From: Candidatus Thorarchaeota archaeon | Lineage (GTDB): Archaea > Asgardarchaeota > Thorarchaeia > Thorarchaeales > Thorarchaeaceae | NCBI GenBank assembly: GCA_029210805.1 | Contig: JARGGA010000001.1 | Location: forward strand, 1 to 56,745 | Reading direction: 5' to 3' | Length of the DNA: 56,745 nucleotides | Shown: positions 36,847 to 46,228 of the stretch, one piece after another | Layout: each line of letters starts with the position of its first letter | How positions within the stretch are numbered: the stretch's first letter is position 1 | The notes under the pieces: generated by a model | What the model saw: the letters and a program-made list of their open reading frames with translations, nothing else | Databases searched by the model: none | What the model was told of the DNA's origin: nothing | Position numbers and translations under genes: made by a program

Positions 36847-37728
36847 ATGACTGAATTGACTGACAAAGATGACTATCTCCATGAACCGACTGAACGTCCA
36901 GACTTTCGAGAGAGCTATTACTTCAACTGGGTCGATTTGGAGAGTGGTGTTTCTGGATTCAGTACTATAGGTCTCCTACCTAATGCTAAGAAGAGAGAGT
37001 TTGTTTTTGCGCTCTTCTATGGAAAGGATTTGCGGGAGGCATATTGGAAGGAACCTAATGGTGCAGTGTCCGACGACTTGGATAAGGCTCTGTCATATGG
37101 TAAGGTATCCTATGAACTCGTTAGGCCCATGCAAGATTGGAAGATATCCTATCAGAGTAAGAAAATGTCTGTAGAGATTCTCTGGAGTGGAAGATTTCCA
37201 TACTATGACTTTGGTGCGGGGAGCAAAACCTCATGGGTAGGACATTTTGAACAGTCGGGAATAGTCAAGGGAAAAGTAACGTTTTCTGATGGAAGGAAAC
37301 TCTCAATTAATGGTCTTGGTCAGAGGGACAAGAGCTGGGGATCACGTAACTGGCATATTGAGATGTGGTTCGCGCTTCATGCACAGTTTGATGATATCTC
37401 CATTGGACTACGACGAGATTATGTTGATGGTAAATACTTCACTTCCGGGGGGATATCGACCATTGATGACCATATACCCGTTACCAAAGTGGATTTGGAC
37501 ACAGAGTATCTTGATGATCGAATGCCCTATGCTGCAGAAACCAAGGTCTATGGAGAAGATGGGAGCTGCTATACTCTGAAATCAAAGATAATCTCTGATG
37601 GGTCACATATTAGATTTACACGGGACTTCTCAGGCGGAAGGACTGAACTCTGGGAAGAGATGGCAATTCATGAGTGCAAAGAATTAGGTAAGAAAGGAAC
37701 AGGCCTCTTAGAGTGGCTCTTTACTTGA
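36847..37728 (+). CDS. Conserved hypothetical beta-rich protein (RESYYFNW / GQRDKSWGSRNW motifs)
   Basis: 293 aa. The motifs resemble an uncharacterised DUF family (AttH/CrtC-like lipocalin-type fold suspected). The family name is not certain. Confidence 0.5.
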   Translation: MTELTDKDDYLHEPTERPDFRESYYFNWVDLESGVSGFSTIGLLPNAKKREFVFALFYGKDLREAYWKEPNGAVSDDLDKALSYGKVSYELVRPMQDWKISYQSKKMSVEILWSGRFPYYDFGAGSKTSWVGHFEQSGIVKGKVTFSDGRKLSINGLGQRDKSWGSRNWHIEMWFALHAQFDDISIGLRRDYVDGKYFTSGGISTIDDHIPVTKVDLDTEYLDDRMPYAAETKVYGEDGSCYTLKSKIISDGSHIRFTRDFSGGRTELWEEMAIHECKELGKKGTGLLEWLFT

Positions 37729-37776
37729 AAAAGAAAGAACACGGAAGTGAGTGGTTGTCACCGCCGCATTCCGGTT

Positions 37777-39498
37777 TTAGAGCCTAAACGAGAGTGTGGT
37801 TGCCAACATCCACGCAAAGAACAGGGCGTTGATTAGCGCGCCAAGGTAGTATCGATCTGTTGAACGGTATGACCAAATCGTTATGACGGCTGATACTGCA
37901 AACCATGGAGCAAATGCATAGAAGAATAGGAAGGAATATCCTATGATACCAGGTATAACTGGGTATCCTAACAACATTCCAAGACCGAATTCAATTCCAA
38001 TAAGAATCACAAAGGGATAGCACTTGATTAGCATCCCCTTGAGTGTCCAATTGGTCATTCCCTTGTACCAAGGTTCACTGTTCTCAGGTTTCAATGGTCC
38101 CATGAGCCACATCCCATCAATCAAGAAGTAGATGAAGAATACAATGGCATAGATTGGAACGAATAGAGCTCTAGATATCGTCAGATCATTCATTCCAGGA
38201 AGGAAGGATCGAAAGTCCAATGCAAGCCCTAAATCCACCAATAGAGTCCACATGTACAGCCATAGCACTGTGATAGATGCAAGCAGGAATGTCTTCACGA
38301 GTGATGACATAGGACTCTGTTGATCAGAACCAATCTTGAGAAATTTCTTCAGATCAAGTCCTTCTTCGCTCTTGCCACGCATTGCAATCTTGAGAATGAG
38401 GAGTAAAACCAGTGCAGTTCCAACAAACCATATGCTAATAGCTGCACCATAGCTCTGTGGAAAGGGAACAAATTGACCTATTAGAAGAAGCGGAAAGAAT
38501 GTGGCAGCTGGAACAGCACCATATAGAATACCCCATGTTAGGTATGAACGTTTATCCGCATTGTACTCCAGAGATGGTTCTTTTTTGAGAGATTCGAATA
38601 CAGATATATCCAAGAGAATTGCAATTAATGGGAATATGGTCAATACCGCACCCAGAGTAGCAAAGAATCCACCAGCTAGCCACCAACCATAGGTTAGACT
38701 GCTACTTGCTATCCAATTCGAGTCCTCTACTCCACCTTTTAGACTGTTTTTCATCCATTCCACAGATTCAGTGACAATCTCCGGATTAATTGTTTCAAAG
38801 AGGTGATTTGTACTTGCTACAGCAAATCTGCGAGCTGACCCATCAGCAAAATCGCCGTAGGTCACGTACTCCTCTATCCCTGTCACACCAAAGAGAGGCT
38901 CAAGTCGGGTTGTATTCCGGGGATAAGATGAGAGTGAATCAAAGCTTCCAACTGTGATTAGTACATTATTCGGATAGGTAGCGTTCCAATCACTTGAACT
39001 CCCACTTCCAACCAGAACAGCTGCACCTACTGTAACTGTCGATTCATTGATTGCCTGCCATACTGAACCGCCACCCATGCTATGACCAATAAGACCAATC
39101 GATGAACTGTCAACATAATCAAGGTCAACAAAGTACTCAAGCGCGGCAGGGCCACTGCCACTGCCATAATCGGAGTTGCCATGTCCGTTCGCATCAGGAG
39201 TTAAAACCACAAAACCTCGTCGGGCAAGCTCTATCCCGAATGCCATCAGCCACTCCTTATTCTGCAGAGAACCATGGAAGACTATCACTCCCGGCAGAGG
39301 ATTGGTACTAGTAGCATAGATTGGCTGCTGAAGAGTAGCATGTATATTCGAGCCATCATCAGCCTGAAAATCAACTTCAGTGACAATGACCGAACCCATA
39401 TTGCTCTGAACTGATGCAGCTAGGGCTATCCCTGAAAGCATCAGTATCAAAGTAAAAATGAGAATAATGTAGCTTAAGCGTGGTTTTATTGCCTGCAA
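37777..39498 (-). CDS. Fusion protein: secreted alpha/beta hydrolase domain plus C-terminal ~8-TM domain
   Basis: Signal peptide. VIVFHGSLQN...ELARRGFVVLTPD, nucleophile elbow GHSMGGG, followed by a 300-aa polytopic region. Confidence 0.75.
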   Translation of the reverse strand: MQAIKPRLSYIILIFTLILMLSGIALAASVQSNMGSVIVTEVDFQADDGSNIHATLQQPIYATSTNPLPGVIVFHGSLQNKEWLMAFGIELARRGFVVLTPDANGHGNSDYGSGSGPAALEYFVDLDYVDSSSIGLIGHSMGGGSVWQAINESTVTVGAAVLVGSGSSSDWNATYPNNVLITVGSFDSLSSYPRNTTRLEPLFGVTGIEEYVTYGDFADGSARRFAVASTNHLFETINPEIVTESVEWMKNSLKGGVEDSNWIASSSLTYGWWLAGGFFATLGAVLTIFPLIAILLDISVFESLKKEPSLEYNADKRSYLTWGILYGAVPAATFFPLLLIGQFVPFPQSYGAAISIWFVGTALVLLLILKIAMRGKSEEGLDLKKFLKIGSDQQSPMSSLVKTFLLASITVLWLYMWTLLVDLGLALDFRSFLPGMNDLTISRALFVPIYAIVFFIYFLIDGMWLMGPLKPENSEPWYKGMTNWTLKGMLIKCYPFVILIGIEFGLGMLLGYPVIPGIIGYSFLFFYAFAPWFAVSAVITIWSYRSTDRYYLGALINALFFAWMLATTLSFRL

Positions 39499-39623
39499 TG
39501 TGAATTTCTCCTAATCGATATCAGCCGAGAAGCAATACTATCTAATAATTTCTCTTGAATCGGGAATGGACACTATTATGAGGGAAATGTAGACCAATTG
39601 ACCTACAATGCCCGTTCATGATG

Positions 39624-40859
39624 TTACTTCTCTAGTCCGTGGATTGGAAAAATGAGGTTGTGGATCTTTTCAATGGCCTCATCGATTGCTCTTCGTATCT
39701 TAGTATAGTGCTCCTTGTCAATTCGTGTAGGCCTGTCAGTCCAACCACTTCTTGGTAACTTTAGGCCATTAGAATGGCAGAGCTTGATCCATTCAGGAGG
39801 TAGAGTTGGGGGAAGAGCCATACCTGCAATGTTAGATAAAACAATCGTCCAAATTTTCGCTGCTGCTACCGGGTTGTATCCTCCACCGCCTGTTACCACT
39901 AGTTTCCTTTCACCTAGGTGAACTAGCTGGCGAACTGTCTTTGAAAGGCGATGATATGTGTCGTATGTGAGCATAAGATCTGCAAGAGGGTCGCTTAGGT
40001 GCGCATCAGCCCCAACATCCCAGAATACCAGATCAGGTTTGTAGGCAAGCCAGATTGGGACAACTACATCCTCGAAAACTCTCCAGAATTCAGTATCGTC
40101 TGTTAGCGGAGGAAGAGGAATGTTCACTGAGTATCCTTTACCTTCGCCAATTCCTATTTCTTCAGGTCGACCGGTTCCTGGAAAGAATCCCATGCTTAAT
40201 TCATGCATAGAGATTGTCAAAACATTGGGGTCATCGTAAAATGCAGCTTGTGTTCCATCGCCGTGATGCACATCAGTATCTAGGTAAAGCACTTTCTTGT
40301 TAGGATATTTCTCTCTATACTTTCTGAGTGCAATGGCACAGTCATTGTAGTAGCAGAACCCTGCAGCTCTGCTCTCCATAGCATGGTGAAGCCCACCAAA
40401 GAAAGACATCGCATTCTTGAACTTACCCTCTTCAACTCCCAATACTGCATCAATTGCAGTCCCAACGGGATAAGAAGCGTAGATATGCATATCTTGAAAG
40501 ACAGGGCATTCCGGAGTGTCCAATCCAAAACGAGCGGAAAAAGCAGTTCCTGTGTTCCCAAAAAGCTCCATGGTTTCAATATACGATACATCATGGTAGA
40601 GGCTTAGTTCACTGCGAGTTGCAATACGCATTGGCTGTAGAGTTATTTCTGCACTATCCAAGATTTTTGACATGACAGGAAGGCTCCATGCCATCTCAAA
40701 GCGTATTTTGTTCCAGAAAGGATTTGGATCTGGACCAGATAGAACTGGATCATTTAAACCATCCATTTCTAGAAAGACCGATGAATCATATAGGGCAGTT
40801 TTCTCACTCAACTGGTTTCCTCCGGGAGGGATACACGTTCTAAACGGGAAGGCACTCAT
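39624..40859 (-). CDS. Histone deacetylase-family protein (AcuC/class I-like)
   Basis: GGLHHAMESRAAGFCYYND, DTDVHHGDGTQAAFYDDPNVLTISMHE, GGGGYN. Confidence 0.85.
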   Translation of the reverse strand: MSAFPFRTCIPPGGNQLSEKTALYDSSVFLEMDGLNDPVLSGPDPNPFWNKIRFEMAWSLPVMSKILDSAEITLQPMRIATRSELSLYHDVSYIETMELFGNTGTAFSARFGLDTPECPVFQDMHIYASYPVGTAIDAVLGVEEGKFKNAMSFFGGLHHAMESRAAGFCYYNDCAIALRKYREKYPNKKVLYLDTDVHHGDGTQAAFYDDPNVLTISMHELSMGFFPGTGRPEEIGIGEGKGYSVNIPLPPLTDDTEFWRVFEDVVVPIWLAYKPDLVFWDVGADAHLSDPLADLMLTYDTYHRLSKTVRQLVHLGERKLVVTGGGGYNPVAAAKIWTIVLSNIAGMALPPTLPPEWIKLCHSNGLKLPRSGWTDRPTRIDKEHYTKIRRAIDEAIEKIHNLIFPIHGLEK

Positions 40860-40975
40860 ATTTAGAGGTAGTTGTAATGGAAGTGAAGGCTCATAAAACT
40901 GAGTAAATGGGATTCCGGTTGAAATGCGGTTGCTTCGAAAGCCTCATTATTCTCCATTTACCTATCAGAAGTGCC

Positions 40976-41989
40976 ATGTCCAAATTTGATTTATTGAAAG
41001 AAACTTTTCTGGGTAATTTTGATGGAAAGATCCCCATATCTATATGGAAACATCATCCAGAAGTAGACCGCTCGCCTGATGGGCTTGCGGCTGAAGATAT
41101 AAAATTCCATAAGAAATTCGATCACGACCTTTTGAAGATCAGTTTCTTTGGGCATTACCCCTGTGTGGACTTCGGCTGCACTGCAGAGTACGATGGAGCA
41201 ATATCTGGGTCAACTACACTCACGAGCGCAGCCATTGAGAAGGCAAGTGACTGGGAGGTTTTAGAAAAGCCCGATGTGATGGCAGGGGAATTTGGTAACC
41301 AGGTTCGGGCTGTTGAGCTTATTCAGAAATATGCTCACGGAGTTGTTCCCACTATGGCGACAGTTTTCGATGGCCCGATGGTGACTGACAAAATCTGCGA
41401 CAAGAACCTGAACAAGTACATGGATGAGAATCCAGAAATCATCGAATCAGCGTTGGATATGATTACAGATGTCATGGTTGATTTCGCTCGAGCAACTCTG
41501 GAAGCAGGTGCAGATGGTCTTTTTATTGCCTCACAACATTCAACCAAAGCATCTGTGAGTGATGAGAATTATGAGAGGTTTATTCTCCCTCAAGATCTGA
41601 AGCTTATCTCAAAGCTTCGAGGAAAAGCCAAGTTTATTGTGATGCATCTTCATGCAAGGGAGCCAGACGAAGTCATTAGATTTGAAAAGATTTCGCGTAC
41701 GATGGGACTTGATGCAATAAACTGGGAAGACCAGACCTCTTCTCACTCGTTGAAACAGGGAAGAAAAATCTCTCGAAAGGCAGTTTTCGGGGGTATCGAC
41801 CACAATGGAGTATTCAGAACAGGCACTCCGGACGAGGCGAAAGAACAGATTCTCAATGCTATAGAGGAGGCAGGGTATGAGAAATTGTACGTGGCTCCTG
41901 GATGCGTTGTAACTGTTGACACGCCAGAAGAAAATATTGAGGCAGTAGTTGATGCAGTGAGGTCAATAGATCCATACAAAGGCCAATAG
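40976..41989 (+). CDS. Uroporphyrinogen decarboxylase (URO-D)/MtaA-like family protein
   Basis: About 338 aa from MSKFDLLKETFLG. The overall pattern (DGLFIASQHS..., IVMHLHA, VAPGCVV) resembles URO-D-fold methyltransferases/decarboxylases. Family call only. Confidence 0.6.
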   Translation: MSKFDLLKETFLGNFDGKIPISIWKHHPEVDRSPDGLAAEDIKFHKKFDHDLLKISFFGHYPCVDFGCTAEYDGAISGSTTLTSAAIEKASDWEVLEKPDVMAGEFGNQVRAVELIQKYAHGVVPTMATVFDGPMVTDKICDKNLNKYMDENPEIIESALDMITDVMVDFARATLEAGADGLFIASQHSTKASVSDENYERFILPQDLKLISKLRGKAKFIVMHLHAREPDEVIRFEKISRTMGLDAINWEDQTSSHSLKQGRKISRKAVFGGIDHNGVFRTGTPDEAKEQILNAIEEAGYEKLYVAPGCVVTVDTPEENIEAVVDAVRSIDPYKGQ

Positions 41990-42002
41990 GTGTGAGAGAT
42001 AC

Positions 42003-43724
42003 TTGACTCGTAATAGTGAAGTTGCCACAGTCCTGAAAGAAATTGCCATCCTTCTTGATGTGGAGGGGAAGGATAAATTCAAGCCTCGTGCTTACTACCG
42101 GGCTGTTCGAACTGTGGGAGCGCTTGGAGAGGACATTGAAGCAGTTGCCAAAAGAGATGAATTGACTAGTATACCGGGAGTTGGAAAAGGTCTTGCTGGA
42201 CTAATCAAAACCTATTTGGAAACTGGGAAAGTCGAAATTTTAGATGAGCTGAGAGCAAAAATACCAGTAAAAGTAATGGAATTGGAAGCAATTCCGGGTT
42301 TAGGACCTAAGAAAATCAAACTTCTCTACGAAGAAATTGGCGTTACAGATTTGGATTCAATGGAAAAGGCCGCAGATGACGACAAAATATCGGTTCTAAA
42401 AGGAATGGGAAAGAAAACGCAAGATCAGATACTAGCTGGAATACAGCTTGTACGCTCAGGTCTTGGGAGAACACTCTATGCAGATGCACAACCTATTGTT
42501 GATAGAATTCTCGAAGTTGTTAGTCAAGTATCAGGTGTGCGCCGTGCCGAGGTTGCAGGATCTTTCAGACGGCGTCGTGAAACTGTTGGCGATATTGATA
42601 TCATTGTAGACGCGGATGATGCGGAACCTGTAATGGATGCCTTCGTGGTTATTGATGATGTAGTAGATATCATTGTCCGTGGACCTACAAAATCATCTAT
42701 TCGGCTAAAATCTAATCTTCCAGTGGACCTCAGAGTTCTGCCAGCCGATAGCTATGGTGCGGGAATGCAGTACTTCACGGGAAATGTTGATCACAATGTC
42801 CAGATGCGTGCTATTGCTCGGAAGCGAAATCTCCGACTGAATGAATACGGACTTTTCAAGGGAGAGAAAAAGAAGAAAATTGCGGGCGAGGATGAAGAGA
42901 GAATCTATGCAGCACTGGGAATGTCGTGGATTCCCCCAGAACTGAGAGAAAATGCTGGAGAGATAGAGGCAGCTCAGAATGGGGAACTTCCCACCCTTAT
43001 TGAGTTGAAAGATATTCGAGGCGATTTGCATAGTCATACAGACCAATCTGATGGCTCCTATCCTATAGAGGAGATGTTGGATGCGGCAGATGCAAAAGGT
43101 TACTCCTACTATTGTGTATCAGACCATACTCAGAGTTTGACCATTGCAAATGGCATGAATGAAACGCGACTACTGAAACGAATTGACGAGATAGATGATT
43201 TGAATGCTTCTGGCCGTTGGAAGATGAAGATACTCAAAGGAGCAGAGGTCGACATTCTGTCAGCAGGTGAGCTGGACATCCGAAATGATGTGCTTGAGCA
43301 ACTTGACATTGTTACGGCATCGATTCATAGTAGGATGAAAGATGACAAGAAAACGATGACGAATCGTGTTTGCAGAGCCTTGGAAAGCACGTATGTACAC
43401 ATCCTCGGACATCCAACGGGGCGACAGATTCACAAGAGAGAGGAATTTGAGATAGACCTAGAGCGAGTGTTTGAAACTGCAAAGGCAAACAACATTGCGA
43501 TGGAATTGAATGCACATCCAAGACGTCTGGACCTTAATGCGGGTAATTTACGAACTGCAATTGGAATGGGTCTAAAGATTACCATTAACACTGATGCTCA
43601 CAAGCTGTATGAACTAGATAACATGAAGTTCGGAATATATCAGGCGCGTAGAGGATGGGTTACAAAGAAGGATGTTCTCAATACGTATACACTGAAAGGT
43701 CTCTTGAGGGCCATAAAGAAATAG
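42003..43724 (+). CDS. polX: Family X DNA polymerase with C-terminal PHP domain
   Basis: N-terminal EIAILLDVEGKDKFKPRAYYRA, HhH motifs (IPGVGKGLAG; IPGLGPKK), nucleotidyltransferase GSFRRRRETVGDIDIIV, PHP DLHSHTDQSDG...HILGHPTGR. Confidence 0.9.
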   Translation: MTRNSEVATVLKEIAILLDVEGKDKFKPRAYYRAVRTVGALGEDIEAVAKRDELTSIPGVGKGLAGLIKTYLETGKVEILDELRAKIPVKVMELEAIPGLGPKKIKLLYEEIGVTDLDSMEKAADDDKISVLKGMGKKTQDQILAGIQLVRSGLGRTLYADAQPIVDRILEVVSQVSGVRRAEVAGSFRRRRETVGDIDIIVDADDAEPVMDAFVVIDDVVDIIVRGPTKSSIRLKSNLPVDLRVLPADSYGAGMQYFTGNVDHNVQMRAIARKRNLRLNEYGLFKGEKKKKIAGEDEERIYAALGMSWIPPELRENAGEIEAAQNGELPTLIELKDIRGDLHSHTDQSDGSYPIEEMLDAADAKGYSYYCVSDHTQSLTIANGMNETRLLKRIDEIDDLNASGRWKMKILKGAEVDILSAGELDIRNDVLEQLDIVTASIHSRMKDDKKTMTNRVCRALESTYVHILGHPTGRQIHKREEFEIDLERVFETAKANNIAMELNAHPRRLDLNAGNLRTAIGMGLKITINTDAHKLYELDNMKFGIYQARRGWVTKKDVLNTYTLKGLLRAIKK

Positions 43725-43768
43725 GAACAAGGGAGTTTAAATCAGGGTATACAAACTGTGGAGAAATC

Positions 43769-44515
43769 ATGGCCATATATATCGAATCAAACAAGAGCTT
43801 GTTCGTTGCCCTGATTGCTGTTTTTGCGGCCATGGTCGCAGTATTGGACGTAATTCCGATGATACCTGGTTTCTATGGGGGGATTTGGGACTCGTGGGTA
43901 TTCTTGTTGAGTCCCATAATTGGAGCTTTGTTGGGACCATATGTTGGTGCGGTTGCGGTTGGAATAGGCAGTCTAACGGGTCATTTCGTATATTTTCGAG
44001 ACCCATTCGAGTTAGTGTTCCAATTTGGAGCACCTCTAGGAGCAGCAATGGGGGGATTTGTATATCAGCGGAGATGGAAACCCGCTCTTGGAATTTATTC
44101 TTTTATGTTGCTAGGCTACTTCCTAGAACCTGTGTCTTGGACGCTCCCCCTATGGGGCATCTGGGATACACTAGCTGGGTACGTAGTGCTGTTAGTTTTT
44201 GTATTGCTGATTAACAAGAATTGGTGGCCCGAAAGTGAAACAAATCGAGATATTCTTGGCCTTCTATTCACTATCATAATCGGACTCGAATCAGATATTC
44301 TGTTCCGAATATTTGTGTTGATTCCGGGACAGACCTATTGGTTGTTCTATGGATTCACTCCAGAGGTCCTCCAAGTGCTTTGGTTGGGAGCTGGTATCAT
44401 TACTCCAATCAAGGTTGTACTCGCAACTATTGCAGGTTTGCTCATTGGCCTTCCATTACTTCGTATCCTAAAGAATCAGTTTGGTCAAGTGGAGAACATG
44501 ACATTAAATGAATGA
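43769..44515 (+). CDS. Polytopic membrane protein (possibly ECF-type substrate-capture component)
   Basis: ATG at 43769 (MAIYIESNKSLFVALIAVF) removes the overlap with polX. About 6-7 TM. The function is a guess. Confidence 0.5.
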   Translation: MAIYIESNKSLFVALIAVFAAMVAVLDVIPMIPGFYGGIWDSWVFLLSPIIGALLGPYVGAVAVGIGSLTGHFVYFRDPFELVFQFGAPLGAAMGGFVYQRRWKPALGIYSFMLLGYFLEPVSWTLPLWGIWDTLAGYVVLLVFVLLINKNWWPESETNRDILGLLFTIIIGLESDILFRIFVLIPGQTYWLFYGFTPEVLQVLWLGAGIITPIKVVLATIAGLLIGLPLLRILKNQFGQVENMTLNE

Positions 44516-44740
44516 TCCCATTGCAATACAGGTTTCTGTACGATTTACTCCATCAATTTCATGGATTTGTTTGGTCAAATGGCGAAGGCCATCAGCTGAA
44601 GGTAGCTCAATATATACTACAATATCGTAGGGCCCTGTTACAATGTGTGCGGTCTGAACACCCTCAATTTCCTCAATCCGCTTAGCGGCATCCCAGATTG
44701 TTCCAGCTCTTCCTTGAATGAGCATTATTATTGTGACCAT
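44504..44740 (-). CDS. Stand-alone Lrp/AsnC ligand-binding (RAM) domain protein
   Basis: 78 aa from MVTIIMLIQGRAG, with VQTAHIVTGPYDIVVYIELPS...VNRTETCIA. Confidence 0.7.
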   Translation of the reverse strand: MVTIIMLIQGRAGTIWDAAKRIEEIEGVQTAHIVTGPYDIVVYIELPSADGLRHLTKQIHEIDGVNRTETCIAMGSFI

Positions 44741-44867
44741 TCCATTCACCCAATCAATATGTTTCAGTAGCATATTGGTGATAAAAGGCCTTCTTACGAA
44801 GAAAAAATTGATGAGCGAGCCTTAGAAGGCCCCCTCAGGTTTTTATAGATAGTGCTAGTTTCTGACA

Positions 44868-45449
44868 CTAAGTTTCAGTTGGCATAACGAGTTTGTCGAT
44901 TTTTGCTATAAACTCGTCAAGTGCAAGCTTTGCTTCCTTCACAGTTTCCTCGGAATATTGTTTTCGCAGTTGATCAAACAATCCGCGACTAGATCTACGT
45001 AGCACACGAAAACCCTTGTGCAGTTCTATGGCTTCATCTGGAAGTCCAGCTAATCCGCGCATTCGAGATCCAATTTCTTGGAAACTCGCGTCGAAGTCTG
45101 GATGCCTCTTATCGTGCTCCTCTAGGAATTCCTTGCCACTTTCTGTCAGTTTGTATCTCTTAACTCCTGCTTCGGGATCTTTAGCTTCAGTCGTATAACC
45201 TGAGTCACGTAGCCAAGAGAGTAATGGATAGACAGATCCAGGACTTGGACTCCATCTGCCATCTGTACGTTCATTGATTTTATTGATTATCTCTGAGCCC
45301 GATACTGGACTTTCGTTGAGTAAATTCAATACCGTGTGTCTAAGGTAACCCTTTGGAACACGGGCTTCCCGTCTATTCCAATGACCGCGGCTTCCACGAC
45401 CCTCTCGAGGGCCATAGTGTATGTTTCTTTTTTGATGTGGTGAACACAT
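44868..45449 (-). CDS. PadR-family transcriptional regulator
   Basis: LRHTVLNLLNESPVSGSEIINKINERTDGRWSPSPGSVYPLLSWLRDSGY. Confidence 0.85.
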   Translation of the reverse strand: MCSPHQKRNIHYGPREGRGSRGHWNRREARVPKGYLRHTVLNLLNESPVSGSEIINKINERTDGRWSPSPGSVYPLLSWLRDSGYTTEAKDPEAGVKRYKLTESGKEFLEEHDKRHPDFDASFQEIGSRMRGLAGLPDEAIELHKGFRVLRRSSRGLFDQLRKQYSEETVKEAKLALDEFIAKIDKLVMPTET

Positions 45450-45486
45450 TGTCTTTTCCTCTATATTTTGTCTTTATTTTTGTTCA

Positions 45487-45526
45487 CGATATCGGCTGCG
45501 ATATCTATATCGATATCGGCTGCGAT
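45487..45526. promoter_or_regulatory. Two 16-nt direct repeats (CGATATCGGCTGCGAT) 24 nt apart upstream of padR: candidate operator
   Basis: Copies at 45487-45502 and 45511-45526, each containing the GATATC palindrome. They lie between a TTATAAA-like box (minus strand, ~45528-45536) and the padR start. Confidence 0.4.
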
Positions 45527-45549
45527 GTTTATAAGGTTTTTCACTTGGG

Positions 45550-46113
45550 CTAGATGATTTGGTTATCCATGAGAAGTAAGTCAAGGACACCTGAAGTGGC
45601 ACCTAGGTTAAGTACATTTGAAAGAATTTCTTGGCGTATCTTTGCAAATGGATCTTTTCTGCCAATCCGTTTCATTGCCCGCTGACAAGCAGGAACAGCA
45701 TACTGAAGCTCAGTTCTAGCATCTTGGTTGGTGAGCTCAGAGAGTACTAAGAGCGTATAGTAGAATGGGAATCCCTTCCATCGTCCGCCACCATCTCGAT
45801 ATTCGGACAACTTACGAACAAATTTATCCACTCTTGCCTTGCTGACATCATCACCAAATGTTCCAAGATACCGAAGATATGCCATTGAAGAGTGTCTACA
45901 TTCACCAGCACCACAGAATCTGGTAAAGCATTGTTTCTTAATCCATTCATCTAGTTTCTGATGATTGAATCGGTCCGTGTTATCAGGGGCATTCAGAGAT
46001 GAAAGCAATCGTGCATCTTGAACAACACCGATGTTCTTCACTGCCAGTTTTGTCGAGAGTTTCTCCCCAGTGACCAAATGATTCATTTTGACCAGGTCTA
46101 TTTTCACCTGCAT
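45550..46113 (-). CDS. Hypothetical protein (187 aa)
   Basis: Clean ORF directly upstream of padR on the same strand. GGGRWKGFPFYYTLLVL resembles alpha/alpha-toroid repeat proteins, but this is weak. Confidence 0.5.
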   Translation of the reverse strand: MQVKIDLVKMNHLVTGEKLSTKLAVKNIGVVQDARLLSSLNAPDNTDRFNHQKLDEWIKKQCFTRFCGAGECRHSSMAYLRYLGTFGDDVSKARVDKFVRKLSEYRDGGGRWKGFPFYYTLLVLSELTNQDARTELQYAVPACQRAMKRIGRKDPFAKIRQEILSNVLNLGATSGVLDLLLMDNQII

Positions 46114-46228
46114 TGTATGTTCACCTACAATTATCGATACAGTCTTCTCTTCTCTTACACATCCTAAAGAGAGGTCCTCTCGGCAGCTCCGAGATAGGTC
46201 GGAGCTATGTTCACTGAATAATGAACAT

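Noticed and set aside
45487-45526. Possible mini-CRISPR or repeat array (two CGATATCGGCTGCGAT copies)
   Set aside because: There are only two copies, each 16 nt, with an 8-nt spacer. There are no cas genes and no further repeats. The position in a promoter fits an operator much better.
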